A stretch of 64,000 nt of DNA, from contig OY970332.1 of assembly GCA_963717435.1 (NCBI GenBank), positions 1,089,903 through 1,153,902 of the forward strand. Reading direction: 5' to 3'. Under the pieces are notes generated by a model. It saw nothing but the letters and a program-made list of their open reading frames with translations, was not told the DNA's origin and did no database searches. A program made the translations under genes and the position numbers. Below, one piece after another: positions 17,507 through 26,555 of the stretch (positions are counted from its first letter, which is position 1; each line of letters opens with the position of its first letter). The DNA comes from an uncultured bacterium. Lineage in GTDB: Bacteria; Babelota; Babeliae; Babelales; Babelaceae.

Positions 17507-18688
17507 TTACTTTTTGCGATTTTTAAATTTTCTTATTATCCATGAAGAGACGAAAAACAGGCCCAATATTATAAACGCAAATTTTAATAATAGAGTAATC
17601 GAATCTATATAGCTTCCAGTTTTTTGTATAACAACTTCTTCGTCATAAAATACTTTGGGCGCGCCACAATCTTGATCTTCTGAGTCTAAAATCACTTTTT
17701 GTTGAATGTCGATTTTAACTTCGCCATCAAGAATTTTTCTAATAAATTTATCAACGCGATACGAATATTCTTCAGGCTTACAAAAAATAGAACCGAAGTG
17801 CCCGGGACCGTCAGTTATCCAAAGTCTTTTGTATCCGGTAACAGAATCATAAACTTGGCGCACCGCTTCAACCGGCGCTTTTTCGTCATTTTTGCATACT
17901 ATAAATAAAGCTGGTGTATTAATACTTTTTGCTGCTTGCGCAGGGTAAATTGGAACCATGCAAGTATTAATAACAGTAGCATCTTTTTTTGCTATAGTTT
18001 TTAGGGCCATTTTCAAAGTTTCTTGAACATATTGGTTCCAGCGATATTTATAAATTAAAGTTCTCATTGGAGTGCATAGATCGTAGCCGAAAATTTTGCA
18101 CTGGAAATATTCTATTAATCTTCGCAACACTTCTTCACTGGATTCAAATGGGCAGTCATAGATTCCGCCGGCAAAAATTTTAGGATCAATATTTTGTGCC
18201 AATATAGAAGCAACGGCCCCCATTGAGAACCCATAAACTATTAATGGCACTTTATTTAAATCAGGGTCAGATTTAATAAATTCTGCCGCACCGATAACGT
18301 CATATGCTTCGTCCCTACCAAAAGAACAGCATTGCCCTAAGGTATTTTCACCGTGGGCCCTAAAGTCAAAAGTCATGACGTTATAATCTTTAAACATAAG
18401 TCTTAAGAAAGATATATCTTTTTTATCGCACATAAATCCGTGACAAATTAATATAGTCGCCGCTGCGTCATTACGTCTTAAAACGTACCCGCTACGAGTT
18501 ATTTTTTTGTCTGAATCGGCGCCCTCTTTTACCGAAAAATTAACTGTTTCTAAAACACCATTAAAATATTTTTCCGATTTTTCTGTAGTTTTTGTTTGCT
18601 CTGGCAAAAAGCTTGAGTTTAAATTAAAACAGATAACTGTTGAAAATATGGCTGTGATTAAAAATTTTATAGAAAACTTAATATGCAT
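17507..18688 (-). CDS. Alpha/beta-hydrolase with N-terminal signal and C-terminal TM anchor
   Basis: 393 aa with nucleophile elbow GFSMGA and HGF...FDFRAHGEN. The N-terminus is hydrophobic (FLITAIFSTVICF). The C-terminus has a TM segment plus a basic tail (FAFIILGLFFVSSWIIRKFKNRKK). Confidence 0.7.
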   Translation of the reverse strand: MHIKFSIKFLITAIFSTVICFNLNSSFLPEQTKTTEKSEKYFNGVLETVNFSVKEGADSDKKITRSGYVLRRNDAAATILICHGFMCDKKDISFLRLMFKDYNVMTFDFRAHGENTLGQCCSFGRDEAYDVIGAAEFIKSDPDLNKVPLIVYGFSMGAVASILAQNIDPKIFAGGIYDCPFESSEEVLRRLIEYFQCKIFGYDLCTPMRTLIYKYRWNQYVQETLKMALKTIAKKDATVINTCMVPIYPAQAAKSINTPALFIVCKNDEKAPVEAVRQVYDSVTGYKRLWITDGPGHFGSIFCKPEEYSYRVDKFIRKILDGEVKIDIQQKVILDSEDQDCGAPKVFYDEEVVIQKTGSYIDSITLLLKFAFIILGLFFVSSWIIRKFKNRKK

Positions 18689-18698
18689 AATTATACCC

Positions 18699-19661
18699 TT
18701 ATCTTAAAACAGCTAAACGCTTATTATAAACTTGTTTTAAATGCCCCATATGCATCGATTTTTGCTCCTGCCCATAAGGTGAGCCTGGCAGCGATGACCA
18801 TATGTGCCCAACTTTTTTAACGGCACTTTCAAAATGCCCCTTTTTTAAATCTTCTATGGCACCTGCCCTGTGCAATAAGACAAGAGCCGCAATATCTTGA
18901 TTGATGGGCCCGAAGTTTTTTGCACCTATCAAAGATGCAAGTGAATCCCAAGTTTTGGCCAAAAATTGATATCTGCCTGCAGCACTTGAGCAAAAAGTTT
19001 TCCCATTAATTACTCCACATGAAACTGTTCTTGGATGATCATGAAAACTTTTAAAATATTCACCCATATATTTTAACCTATAACCGTCTGGCTTAAATGC
19101 CCCCTCGCAATAGGCTATAGTATCCAGAAAAGCTTTGACCTGGACATTGCTTAATAAAGTTTTAAGTTTTGCAGAATTTATCGGATATTTTTTATCTATT
19201 ATCTGATCAATTTTATTTTGCAAATTAGAAACTACAAACTTTCTTATACTTTTTTCGTTAATATTGTCTTTAAATTCAAGCTTAACCACTTTATTATCAA
19301 CTTTGTATGGCAACTTATTCTCATAAACAACATAAATATTGGTTATTTTTTTCGGATCATAATTTTTGTAAACTTTATTAAGATCGTTAATGTCAAGATT
19401 AGCACTGATAAATCCTAGGTCAGCTTTGATAAACTGCGGAAATTCACTAGCTTCTTGGATCGCTGTCTTGCTTTGATCTAACATATCTGTATTTGACGCA
19501 AATTTATTATTATAAAAATGAACAATAGTATATGGAGAAGATTTTAAATTTGCCGCAAAACTGTTTTTTGTAAAAACTTCCACAGTTTTGCCCGATAAAC
19601 TATTTACGCTTATTACGCTTAGAAAAATTCCCAAAAACATGCTTGTCGCACGCAGCTTCAT
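18699..19661 (-). CDS. Exported phage-lambda-R-type lytic transglycosylase (GH104-like) with an extra N-terminal domain
   Basis: The C-terminal ~150 aa align by eye with lambda R: LDTIAYCEGA (catalytic Glu context), HPR, SSAAGRYQFLAKTWD, IWSSLPGSPYGQ. There is an N-terminal signal peptide and an unassigned ~150-aa domain. Confidence 0.75.
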   Translation of the reverse strand: MKLRATSMFLGIFLSVISVNSLSGKTVEVFTKNSFAANLKSSPYTIVHFYNNKFASNTDMLDQSKTAIQEASEFPQFIKADLGFISANLDINDLNKVYKNYDPKKITNIYVVYENKLPYKVDNKVVKLEFKDNINEKSIRKFVVSNLQNKIDQIIDKKYPINSAKLKTLLSNVQVKAFLDTIAYCEGAFKPDGYRLKYMGEYFKSFHDHPRTVSCGVINGKTFCSSAAGRYQFLAKTWDSLASLIGAKNFGPINQDIAALVLLHRAGAIEDLKKGHFESAVKKVGHIWSSLPGSPYGQEQKSMHMGHLKQVYNKRLAVLR

Positions 19662-19884
19662 ACTTCACCCCTAAAGTTTGCTGTTAACCAAAACCACCCA
19701 CTTATTTTTTATTATATCTGATCCATCTACTATAATTATATAATTATTGAGGCAGGCTTTTAAATAGTTTTAGCTAATTTATTTTCAGCCTGAATTATTT
19801 GGGCGTTATTTGTGCATATAATTAATTTTGTAAAACCTCAAATCAACCATGTTTTTTGAAGTTTCAAAGAATTATGGGAAGTAA

Positions 19885-19920
19885 AATAGCGAGTTGCTAT
19901 CTAGATAACAACTCGCTATT
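19885..19920 (-). terminator. Hairpin terminator candidate downstream of the TrxR-Trx gene
   Basis: Near-perfect 36-nt palindrome AATAGCGAGTTG-ctatctagataa-CAACTCGCTATT lying 23 nt after the stop at 19944. It is followed on the minus strand by a T-rich run. Confidence 0.55.
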
Positions 19921-19943
19921 AATTTAGTTTAAAAATTATTTAA

Positions 19944-21389
19944 TCACTGCAAAATATCCCCAACAAACTGGGTAAGTTGGAACTTGGTCATAACAGAATC
20001 ATGTCTTCGAACAATCTGACCATTTTTATAAACCAAAATATATGGCACTTTGTTAACCCCAAGATCAGTGGCAAGCTTGGCCGATACACTGGTATCTATT
20101 TTGACAAACTTAACTTTATCCACAAACTTAGCCGCGACAAGTTCAATAACTGGCAACATCTGCATGCATGAGGGGCAATAAGGGGCGTAAAAATCTAAGA
20201 TCACAGGGATTTTTGAGGCAACCACTTCTCTATCAAAGTCTTCTTTAGATGCTAATTTTGTAATCTTAATTGGCTCTATGCCATCTTCAGGTTCGTAGAT
20301 ATTCTTGTATATTTTGGCACCACTTTTTTCGATAACTTCAATATCTCTCAAGAAAGCCAGCGCATCTAAAGCAGCTTTAATGCCATCGCCGGCAGCAACC
20401 CCGGCCTGCCTATACCTGAAATCAGCAACATCACCTGCTGCAAAAATTCCAGGCAAAGAAGTCTCTTGGGTAGGAGATTTGACTGTAATATACCCATTTT
20501 TATCAAGATTTATATAATTATCGAATATCTTAGTGTTGGGTTCATGCCCTATAGCTAGAAATACTCCCCCTATATCCAAATTTGTTTTTTCTTTAGTAGC
20601 GGCGTCTTCAAGCTCGATAGATCTGACATGATCAGAATCGCCCATTATTTTGGTAATTTTGGTATTAAATTTAACCGTTATATTATTAAAGCTTTTTAAT
20701 TTTTCAATCATGGCTGGGGCGGCACGCATTTTATCGGTTCTTACCAATATTGTTATGCTTTTTGCATAGCCTGAAAGTTGAAGAGCCTCTTCAACCGCAG
20801 AATCTCCTCCCCCTACAACCACAACATTATCGCCTTTATGATAAGGCGCGTCGCAAACGGCGCAGGTTGTGACACCCTTACCCCAATACTGATCCTCTCC
20901 CTGAACCCCCAGCTTTTTAGGGCTGGCCCCAGTTGCAATAATAACAGAAAGCGCATGTATTGTGTTATTATCTTCTGTTTTTAAAATATATGGCCAAGAA
21001 GAAAAGTTAACTTCTTTGATAACTTCAGGGGTTACCCTTGCCCCAAAAGATTCCGCTTGGGATTGCAGTAGTTTCATAACATCTGGGCCCATAATCTTGG
21101 GAACTCCGGGCCAGTTTTCTATATATGACGTGCCGGTAAGTTGTCCACCAGGTTTGGCCCCTTGGAAAACAACGGAGTAAATCTTGCCCCGAGCAGCATA
21201 AAGAGCCGCGCTTAAACCTGCCGGACCCGAACCTATAATTGCGACGGGAACTATGTTTTTATACTGTCCCAGGTCAACTTTATGTGAGTAATCTAAACTT
21301 TTACTGATTTTCGACCTTCGTAGGTAAAAAGTAAAAGAAAATATACTTACAATTAGCAAATAGAAAACAATACTTCTTTTATATTCCAT
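19944..21389 (-). CDS. Membrane-anchored thioredoxin reductase fused to a C-terminal thioredoxin domain
   Basis: 481 aa with an N-terminal TM (IVFYLLIVSIFSFTFYL). TrxR motifs are GSGPAGLSAALYAARG, CAVCDA and GGGDSAVEEA. The C-terminal ~110 aa form a thioredoxin fold with a CPSC active site (VILDFYAPYCPSCMQM...VPYILVYKNGQ). Confidence 0.8.
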   Translation of the reverse strand: MEYKRSIVFYLLIVSIFSFTFYLRRSKISKSLDYSHKVDLGQYKNIVPVAIIGSGPAGLSAALYAARGKIYSVVFQGAKPGGQLTGTSYIENWPGVPKIMGPDVMKLLQSQAESFGARVTPEVIKEVNFSSWPYILKTEDNNTIHALSVIIATGASPKKLGVQGEDQYWGKGVTTCAVCDAPYHKGDNVVVVGGGDSAVEEALQLSGYAKSITILVRTDKMRAAPAMIEKLKSFNNITVKFNTKITKIMGDSDHVRSIELEDAATKEKTNLDIGGVFLAIGHEPNTKIFDNYINLDKNGYITVKSPTQETSLPGIFAAGDVADFRYRQAGVAAGDGIKAALDALAFLRDIEVIEKSGAKIYKNIYEPEDGIEPIKITKLASKEDFDREVVASKIPVILDFYAPYCPSCMQMLPVIELVAAKFVDKVKFVKIDTSVSAKLATDLGVNKVPYILVYKNGQIVRRHDSVMTKFQLTQFVGDILQ

Positions 21390-21417
21390 ATATACACCTT
21401 TTTAAGATTAGGGGCTT

Positions 21418-21445
21418 TTGACAATTAACATATGACTTTTATACT
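21418..21445 (+). promoter_or_regulatory. Sigma70-like promoter candidate for the FtsH-like gene
   Basis: TTGACA (21418-21423), a 16-nt spacer, then TATACT (21440-21445), ~57 nt upstream of the ATG at 21503. This is a consensus match only. Confidence 0.4.
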
Positions 21446-21502
21446 TAAAGTCTAATAGTAGATATAGAGATTATAGATAATTTATAAAAGGTAAAAAAAG
21501 AT

Positions 21503-23923
21503 ATGAAAAACTTGTCAGTAGGTCTATTGACAGTATTGATGCTGTTAGCTTGCCCAAGCTTACAGTCTGAGCAGCTTCAAGAAACTGAGCAAACCCAAGA
21601 ATTGCAAAATCAAGTCGACCCGGCTGAGAATATCAACAAATATTCAGCTGCACTTTTAAGACTTAACGAGCGACTGCTTGAAGTCTTCCAGTCAACCGGG
21701 CACTATATAAACAAAGGCAACTCGAACTTAAATTCAGAGCAAAAAAAGGCTGCCACAAAATGGGTGCAAGAAAACCAAAAAAACATAAATTATATCAATA
21801 AGCAGTTAATCGACACCCCATCAGAAAATTTAATTACCCAATACGCTACAAAAATCAATTGCATGGTTTTAAACCTAAACGTAGCTATAATTTCAAATTT
21901 TAAAAACTTGATTAATACTGACATAACAATCAAAAGATCTGTCTTATTAGAGCCCCATGCTATAGAAATAGACAGTGTTATTGCTGATGTTGATACAAAG
22001 CTTGGAACAGCCTCAAAAAAGATAAATAATCTGGGTCTTACAAACTTGAATCTGGCTGTAAGAAAGCTTGAAGATATAGATTTTAGATATGGCATAACCC
22101 CCAAAATCAAAACTGCATTAATGGGCGCTTTTGTCTTGTGGGTAGCTTGGATTTTTACTCCGGAAACATATCTTGATTCCCTAAAACACAAACTTAATGT
22201 CTTTGATTTTTGGTCAAAAACTCAGACAAAACTCCAAGAAAACAACGTCCCTGCTGAACCTTCTAAATCCAACACAAATAGTAGGCTTAGGATAAATCCC
22301 CTGACTAGGAGAATTGAAAGTAGATTCCCTAAGAAACAAACTAAAGCAAAGAAAACTGACGCAAACTCAGGGAAAAAAAGCCTAGTTAAGGGCTTTTTGG
22401 GAGGCATAATAAGTGCGGTATTACTTGATGCTTATAAAAAAGATGGTGGCGATTTTATAAAAGATTTACATCATAACTTTCTAAGCGGTATAAGTTCAGG
22501 CGCCAGCAAGTTTTATAGCTTATTGCGCGGATCAGGTACAAAAATTGGAAGTAATGGCTACGAATATGTCAGTTCATCAAATACATTAGAAGATCAAAAG
22601 CTAGTGGGCCTTGAAGATCAAAAGCAGGCATTGGGACAACTTGTTAATGCGCTTAAAAATTTGCAAGTCTTTGAAAGAGCAAAAATAAATATTAATAAAG
22701 CATATTTGATTACGGGCCCTGCAGGTTGCGGTAAAAGCTATTTGGCAAGAGCTGTGGCAGGATCGATCAATAAAAGCTTAGAAGAAAGTGGACTTTCAAA
22801 TAAAATCGGGTTCAAAGAAGTTAAGTTCTCTGATCTTATGTGGAAAAAGGATGACGGAATTTCAGAACTGATTAAAGAAGCGCAATCTGAGGCGCCATGT
22901 ATTTTATTTATAGACGAAATTCACTTATTAAGATTACAAACAGAGGGCAACGGCAAAGCTCTAACAGAGTTTTTGACAGTTTTAAGTGGCATAAATTCAG
23001 ACAATAATGGGCTAAAACCGGTAATATTAATTGCTGCAACAAATAGACCCGATCTTCTTGACCCTGCACTATTACGTTCAGGTCGATTTGAAGTTGTCAA
23101 AGTTGAAAAGCCAAATTTTAATACTAGAAAACAGTATTTTGAAATAATGTTAAAAGATCAGGGGATCAATCCTGAAAATTTTGATATCGAAAGATTGTCG
23201 CAGCTTACAGAAAACTGCTCGTATGCGCAACTTGATCAGGTTATAAAAAATGCAAGATTCAAGGCAAAATCGCAGGCACGCGGTATCTCTTCGACAAAAG
23301 ATCTTGAAGATAGTATCGACACTATAGTATTCAAATTAAAAAACGAATCTGAGTTGCCAATATCTCAAGAATCAAAAAATATAATCGCTGCACATTTGGC
23401 AGGAAAAACTTTATCGCACATATTGTTTGACGGGAAAATTAATCACAAAATATTGAAAGTAACACTGAGAGCCAAAATCCCTGCTGTTAAAGAAAGCATG
23501 GTATATTCACCGCAGGATAAGATAAAAGCTATCAAAGAAAAGAAAGTTAAGTACGGAAATATTTTTGTTTACTCAAAAGACGAGATCGCTAATCTTGAAA
23601 CGTCTGAGAGCTTAGAGTTGCAAATTAAAATATTATTATCTGGCGCTATTGCTGAGCAAATAATTTTAAACACACAACATGTTGTGAAAAAATCTGACAA
23701 AACTAAAGCTTTAGAGCTTGCAAAAAGAATAATATATAACGGTGTTAGACCTGAAATATTAAGTAAAAACTTGCAAAGAGAATACGAGAGCAAAGCTGTA
23801 CTATTACTTGAAAAACTTGAACTTGAAACAAAAGCTCTTGTTGCAAGTAATAAAGAAAAATTAGGCAAGATTTACTCTGATCTTCTTGAAAAACAGACTC
23901 TTTCAAGATCTGAGTTGTTATAA
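21503..23923 (+). CDS. FtsH-like AAA+ protein with an inactivated M41 protease site and a long N-terminal extension
   Basis: 806 aa. The AAA module is intact: Walker A GPAGCGKS, Walker B ILFIDEIH, SRH AATNRPDLLDPALLRSGRFE. The C-terminal domain is colinear with FtsH, but HEXXH is replaced by HLAGK (IIAAHLAGKTLSHIL). The ~390-aa N-terminal region has a signal peptide and hydrophobic segments. Confidence 0.75.
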   Translation: MKNLSVGLLTVLMLLACPSLQSEQLQETEQTQELQNQVDPAENINKYSAALLRLNERLLEVFQSTGHYINKGNSNLNSEQKKAATKWVQENQKNINYINKQLIDTPSENLITQYATKINCMVLNLNVAIISNFKNLINTDITIKRSVLLEPHAIEIDSVIADVDTKLGTASKKINNLGLTNLNLAVRKLEDIDFRYGITPKIKTALMGAFVLWVAWIFTPETYLDSLKHKLNVFDFWSKTQTKLQENNVPAEPSKSNTNSRLRINPLTRRIESRFPKKQTKAKKTDANSGKKSLVKGFLGGIISAVLLDAYKKDGGDFIKDLHHNFLSGISSGASKFYSLLRGSGTKIGSNGYEYVSSSNTLEDQKLVGLEDQKQALGQLVNALKNLQVFERAKININKAYLITGPAGCGKSYLARAVAGSINKSLEESGLSNKIGFKEVKFSDLMWKKDDGISELIKEAQSEAPCILFIDEIHLLRLQTEGNGKALTEFLTVLSGINSDNNGLKPVILIAATNRPDLLDPALLRSGRFEVVKVEKPNFNTRKQYFEIMLKDQGINPENFDIERLSQLTENCSYAQLDQVIKNARFKAKSQARGISSTKDLEDSIDTIVFKLKNESELPISQESKNIIAAHLAGKTLSHILFDGKINHKILKVTLRAKIPAVKESMVYSPQDKIKAIKEKKVKYGNIFVYSKDEIANLETSESLELQIKILLSGAIAEQIILNTQHVVKKSDKTKALELAKRIIYNGVRPEILSKNLQREYESKAVLLLEKLELETKALVASNKEKLGKIYSDLLEKQTLSRSELL

Positions 23924-23926
23924 GAA

Positions 23927-24007
23927 TTAATTTTTTACCACCATCCCTCGATACATTTTTCTTAGCTATCGCTACGAAAAACACTCGGGACGAGCGGGTA
24001 TAGAACT
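23927..24007. repeat. GC-rich miniature element, truncated copy, inverted relative to 29571
   Basis: Begins 4 nt after the stop codon with the TIR ttaatttttta. ccctcgatacatttttct...cgaaaaacactcgggacgagcgggta matches the reverse complement of 29571-29695. Confidence 0.6.
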
Positions 24008-24014
24008 ATAGAGA

Positions 24015-24485
24015 CTACCCTTTAATTTTATCGATCATCTTAATTCTGTGTGTATATACTTTGCCCTCAGGAGTATTATCGCCCTTAAAATTTGTAGCGA
24101 GCCATGCAAGCACAATTTTTATCGAAAGTTCTCTGTCAACAAAATCAGCGGGCAATACTAAAACATTAATATTGTCGTCAGCTTTTGCAGCAACTGCAAC
24201 TTCAACTGACCATGCAACGCCGGCATAAATACCATCAAATCTGTTTGCTGCAATTGCTACTCCAACACCGGAACCGCACAATAAAATCCCCAAATCTGCT
24301 TGTCTATTTTTTATCGTCATAACAGCAGATTTTGCATATATAGGGTAATCTGTTCTTTCTTGAGTGTGCGTCCCAACATCAGTAATTTCTAGATTCTTAA
24401 TATGATATTCAAGATCAGATTTTAAGAATTCTTTAAGTTTATATCCCCTGTGATCAGAGCCGATCACAATTTTTATATTCTTCAA
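24015..24485 (-). CDS. rpiB: Ribose-5-phosphate isomerase B (RpiB/LacAB family)
   Basis: 156 aa with IVIGSDHRGYKLKE and LCGSGVGVAIAANR motifs. Confidence 0.85.
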   Translation of the reverse strand: MKNIKIVIGSDHRGYKLKEFLKSDLEYHIKNLEITDVGTHTQERTDYPIYAKSAVMTIKNRQADLGILLCGSGVGVAIAANRFDGIYAGVAWSVEVAVAAKADDNINVLVLPADFVDRELSIKIVLAWLATNFKGDNTPEGKVYTHRIKMIDKIKG

Positions 24486-24507
24486 AATTTTACTCCCAAA
24501 TTTTTAT

Positions 24508-25131
24508 TTACCAGCATAACTGCACTGTATATTTTGTTGTTCTTATTACTAATTTCAGCTTCCCAGAATAATTATCTTCTGGTTTAAATTTTGCTATATA
24601 AATAGACCTGTATCTTGTTGAAGTTCTGCCAAATATTAGAGAAAATTCTGGGCTAAGTTCTGAAATATTCGTAAATTCAACAGGACTATATTTTTTGCCA
24701 CCAACTTCCAAAAAAACTTTCCAGTCGATATTATTGTTAAAATAAGTTACGCCATCAAAGTGCATATAGCCTACGTCTTGCGCATCTTTGGGAGGGAGTA
24801 ATAAATAAAAAGTTGTAAATTGATTATATTGCTCAAGCTCTGCTTCTAACTTTTTTTGCTCAGTAGTATCAAGTACCCCAGAACGCTCTAATTTAATTTT
24901 TCTGTATGCATCCTGAACATCTTTGTTAACCCAAAGTGCATCAAAAAGCCCGACCGTTGTAAGCTGATCATATACTTTTTCTGAACGTATATAACTTCTG
25001 GCTTTACTTAAATCTAAATCAACTGAGCAGGCCTGGTCAAAAGTTTTTTTTGCATAATCGATATACCGTGAACAACCTGAGATTAAGCCTAAAATTATTA
25101 ATAAAAAAAATGTTTTTACTCTAAGTTGCAT
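24508..25131 (-). CDS. Hypothetical lipoprotein
   Basis: 207 aa with a signal peptide and lipobox (LILGLISGC). No family recognised. Confidence 0.55.
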   Translation of the reverse strand: MQLRVKTFFLLIILGLISGCSRYIDYAKKTFDQACSVDLDLSKARSYIRSEKVYDQLTTVGLFDALWVNKDVQDAYRKIKLERSGVLDTTEQKKLEAELEQYNQFTTFYLLLPPKDAQDVGYMHFDGVTYFNNNIDWKVFLEVGGKKYSPVEFTNISELSPEFSLIFGRTSTRYRSIYIAKFKPEDNYSGKLKLVIRTTKYTVQLCW

Positions 25132-25307
25132 GTAAATCTCTCTAAACTTAAATTAAATTATCAAGCAATTTAAATTTGATCTAAAATTTTATACTAAAAA
25201 AAAATTATGCTGGTAATATAACAAGAAAAATAAATTTAACCAAAAGTGAATAACTAAAAATAAAAAGTAAAAAATAAAAAAATAGTTAAAAACAAATAGG
25301 GGAAAAT

Positions 25308-26552
25308 ATGTATCTTTCTTGGTTCATAGCACGAAGATTTTTACGCGTGGCGTCAACAGAAAAAAACATAAGATCTATGTTGCAAATATGTTTTATGAGT
25401 ATATTTATCGGGACATTTGCTTTAGCGCTAGTTGCAGCAATAATGAATGGGTTTGAAAAAGAAACCTATAAAAAACTTCAGGGGATTAACGCAGATTTGA
25501 TTATTAGATCACGAGAGCAATTAGATTTTGAAAAAATAAAAAAAGTATTAGAGTCAAAATTTGCAAAAGAGATAGAAGCTATTACACCAAGCACAATGCA
25601 CCAATTAATTTTAAGAAATGACGAGACAGAATCAACAAGTTTGGTGGCTGTCAAAGCAGTCGATCCAAAAACTATATCCAAAGTAACAACTTTATTGGAT
25701 TCTATAACCAAAAGTTCTCATAATAGCTCTGAAGATGCAGAAAAATTGCTTGAAAACAAAAATATATTACTGGGCACACAACTTGCGCACCACATAGGCG
25801 CAGAAATTGGCAACCCAATTTCGCTATTATTTACACAGGAAGAAAAAATCTCCAAAAATAAAGTTACTTTAGATAAAGAAAAAGCTACTGTATCCGGAAT
25901 TTTCAAAACAGGCATAGACGAGCTTGATAATAATATAGTTGTTATGTCTTTAGATTTGTTTAACTCTATATTCCCAGATACGGGAATCACAACAATAGAA
26001 ATAAAATTAAGGCCAGGTATAAGTAGCGCAAACAGCGAAAAATTAAAAAAAGAGCTGCAGGACCAATTTGATTTAAATATATATTCTTGGAAAGATCTTT
26101 ATCCGCCATTAGTCGCAGCTTTGGTACTTGAAAAATATGCCATGATTTTTATTCTTGCGCTTATTACGCTGGTTGCAAGTATGAATCTTATATCTTTACT
26201 TTTTATGTATATTACTCAAAAACGCGTTAACATAGCCATATTAAAAGCTATGGGCATGCAACAAAAAAATATTTCCGCAATATTTATAATTATTGGCATG
26301 AGCTTAAGCTTAGTGGCCTGTTTTTCGGGTCTGTGTCTATCTTGGGTTGCAGTTTATATTCTTAATAAATACCCATTCATAAAGCTTCCGGATGTATATT
26401 ACGTCACTCAGCTTCCAGCACAGATGGACATTCAAATAAATATTATTGTTATTTTAATTGTGACTGCTTTAAGCTTTATTGCGTCGATTTTACCAGCAAT
26501 ACGAACAAAGCAGATTAATATCGCAAATATTTTAAAATTTGAGAGCCAGTAG
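25308..26552 (+). CDS. LolC/LolE-type (FtsX/MacB-like) ABC transporter permease
   Basis: 414 aa: an N-terminal TM, a large periplasmic domain, then three C-terminal TMs. It has the typical start (WFIARRFLR) and the ILKAMG motif. Confidence 0.8.
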   Translation: MYLSWFIARRFLRVASTEKNIRSMLQICFMSIFIGTFALALVAAIMNGFEKETYKKLQGINADLIIRSREQLDFEKIKKVLESKFAKEIEAITPSTMHQLILRNDETESTSLVAVKAVDPKTISKVTTLLDSITKSSHNSSEDAEKLLENKNILLGTQLAHHIGAEIGNPISLLFTQEEKISKNKVTLDKEKATVSGIFKTGIDELDNNIVVMSLDLFNSIFPDTGITTIEIKLRPGISSANSEKLKKELQDQFDLNIYSWKDLYPPLVAALVLEKYAMIFILALITLVASMNLISLLFMYITQKRVNIAILKAMGMQQKNISAIFIIIGMSLSLVACFSGLCLSWVAVYILNKYPFIKLPDVYYVTQLPAQMDIQINIIVILIVTALSFIASILPAIRTKQINIANILKFESQ

Positions 26553-26555
26553 GTC

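Noticed and set aside
18699-19661. Prophage, inferred from the lambda-R-like lysozyme.
   Set aside because: No holin, integrase, terminase, capsid or tail genes are adjacent. The gene has its own signal peptide and sits among chromosomal genes.
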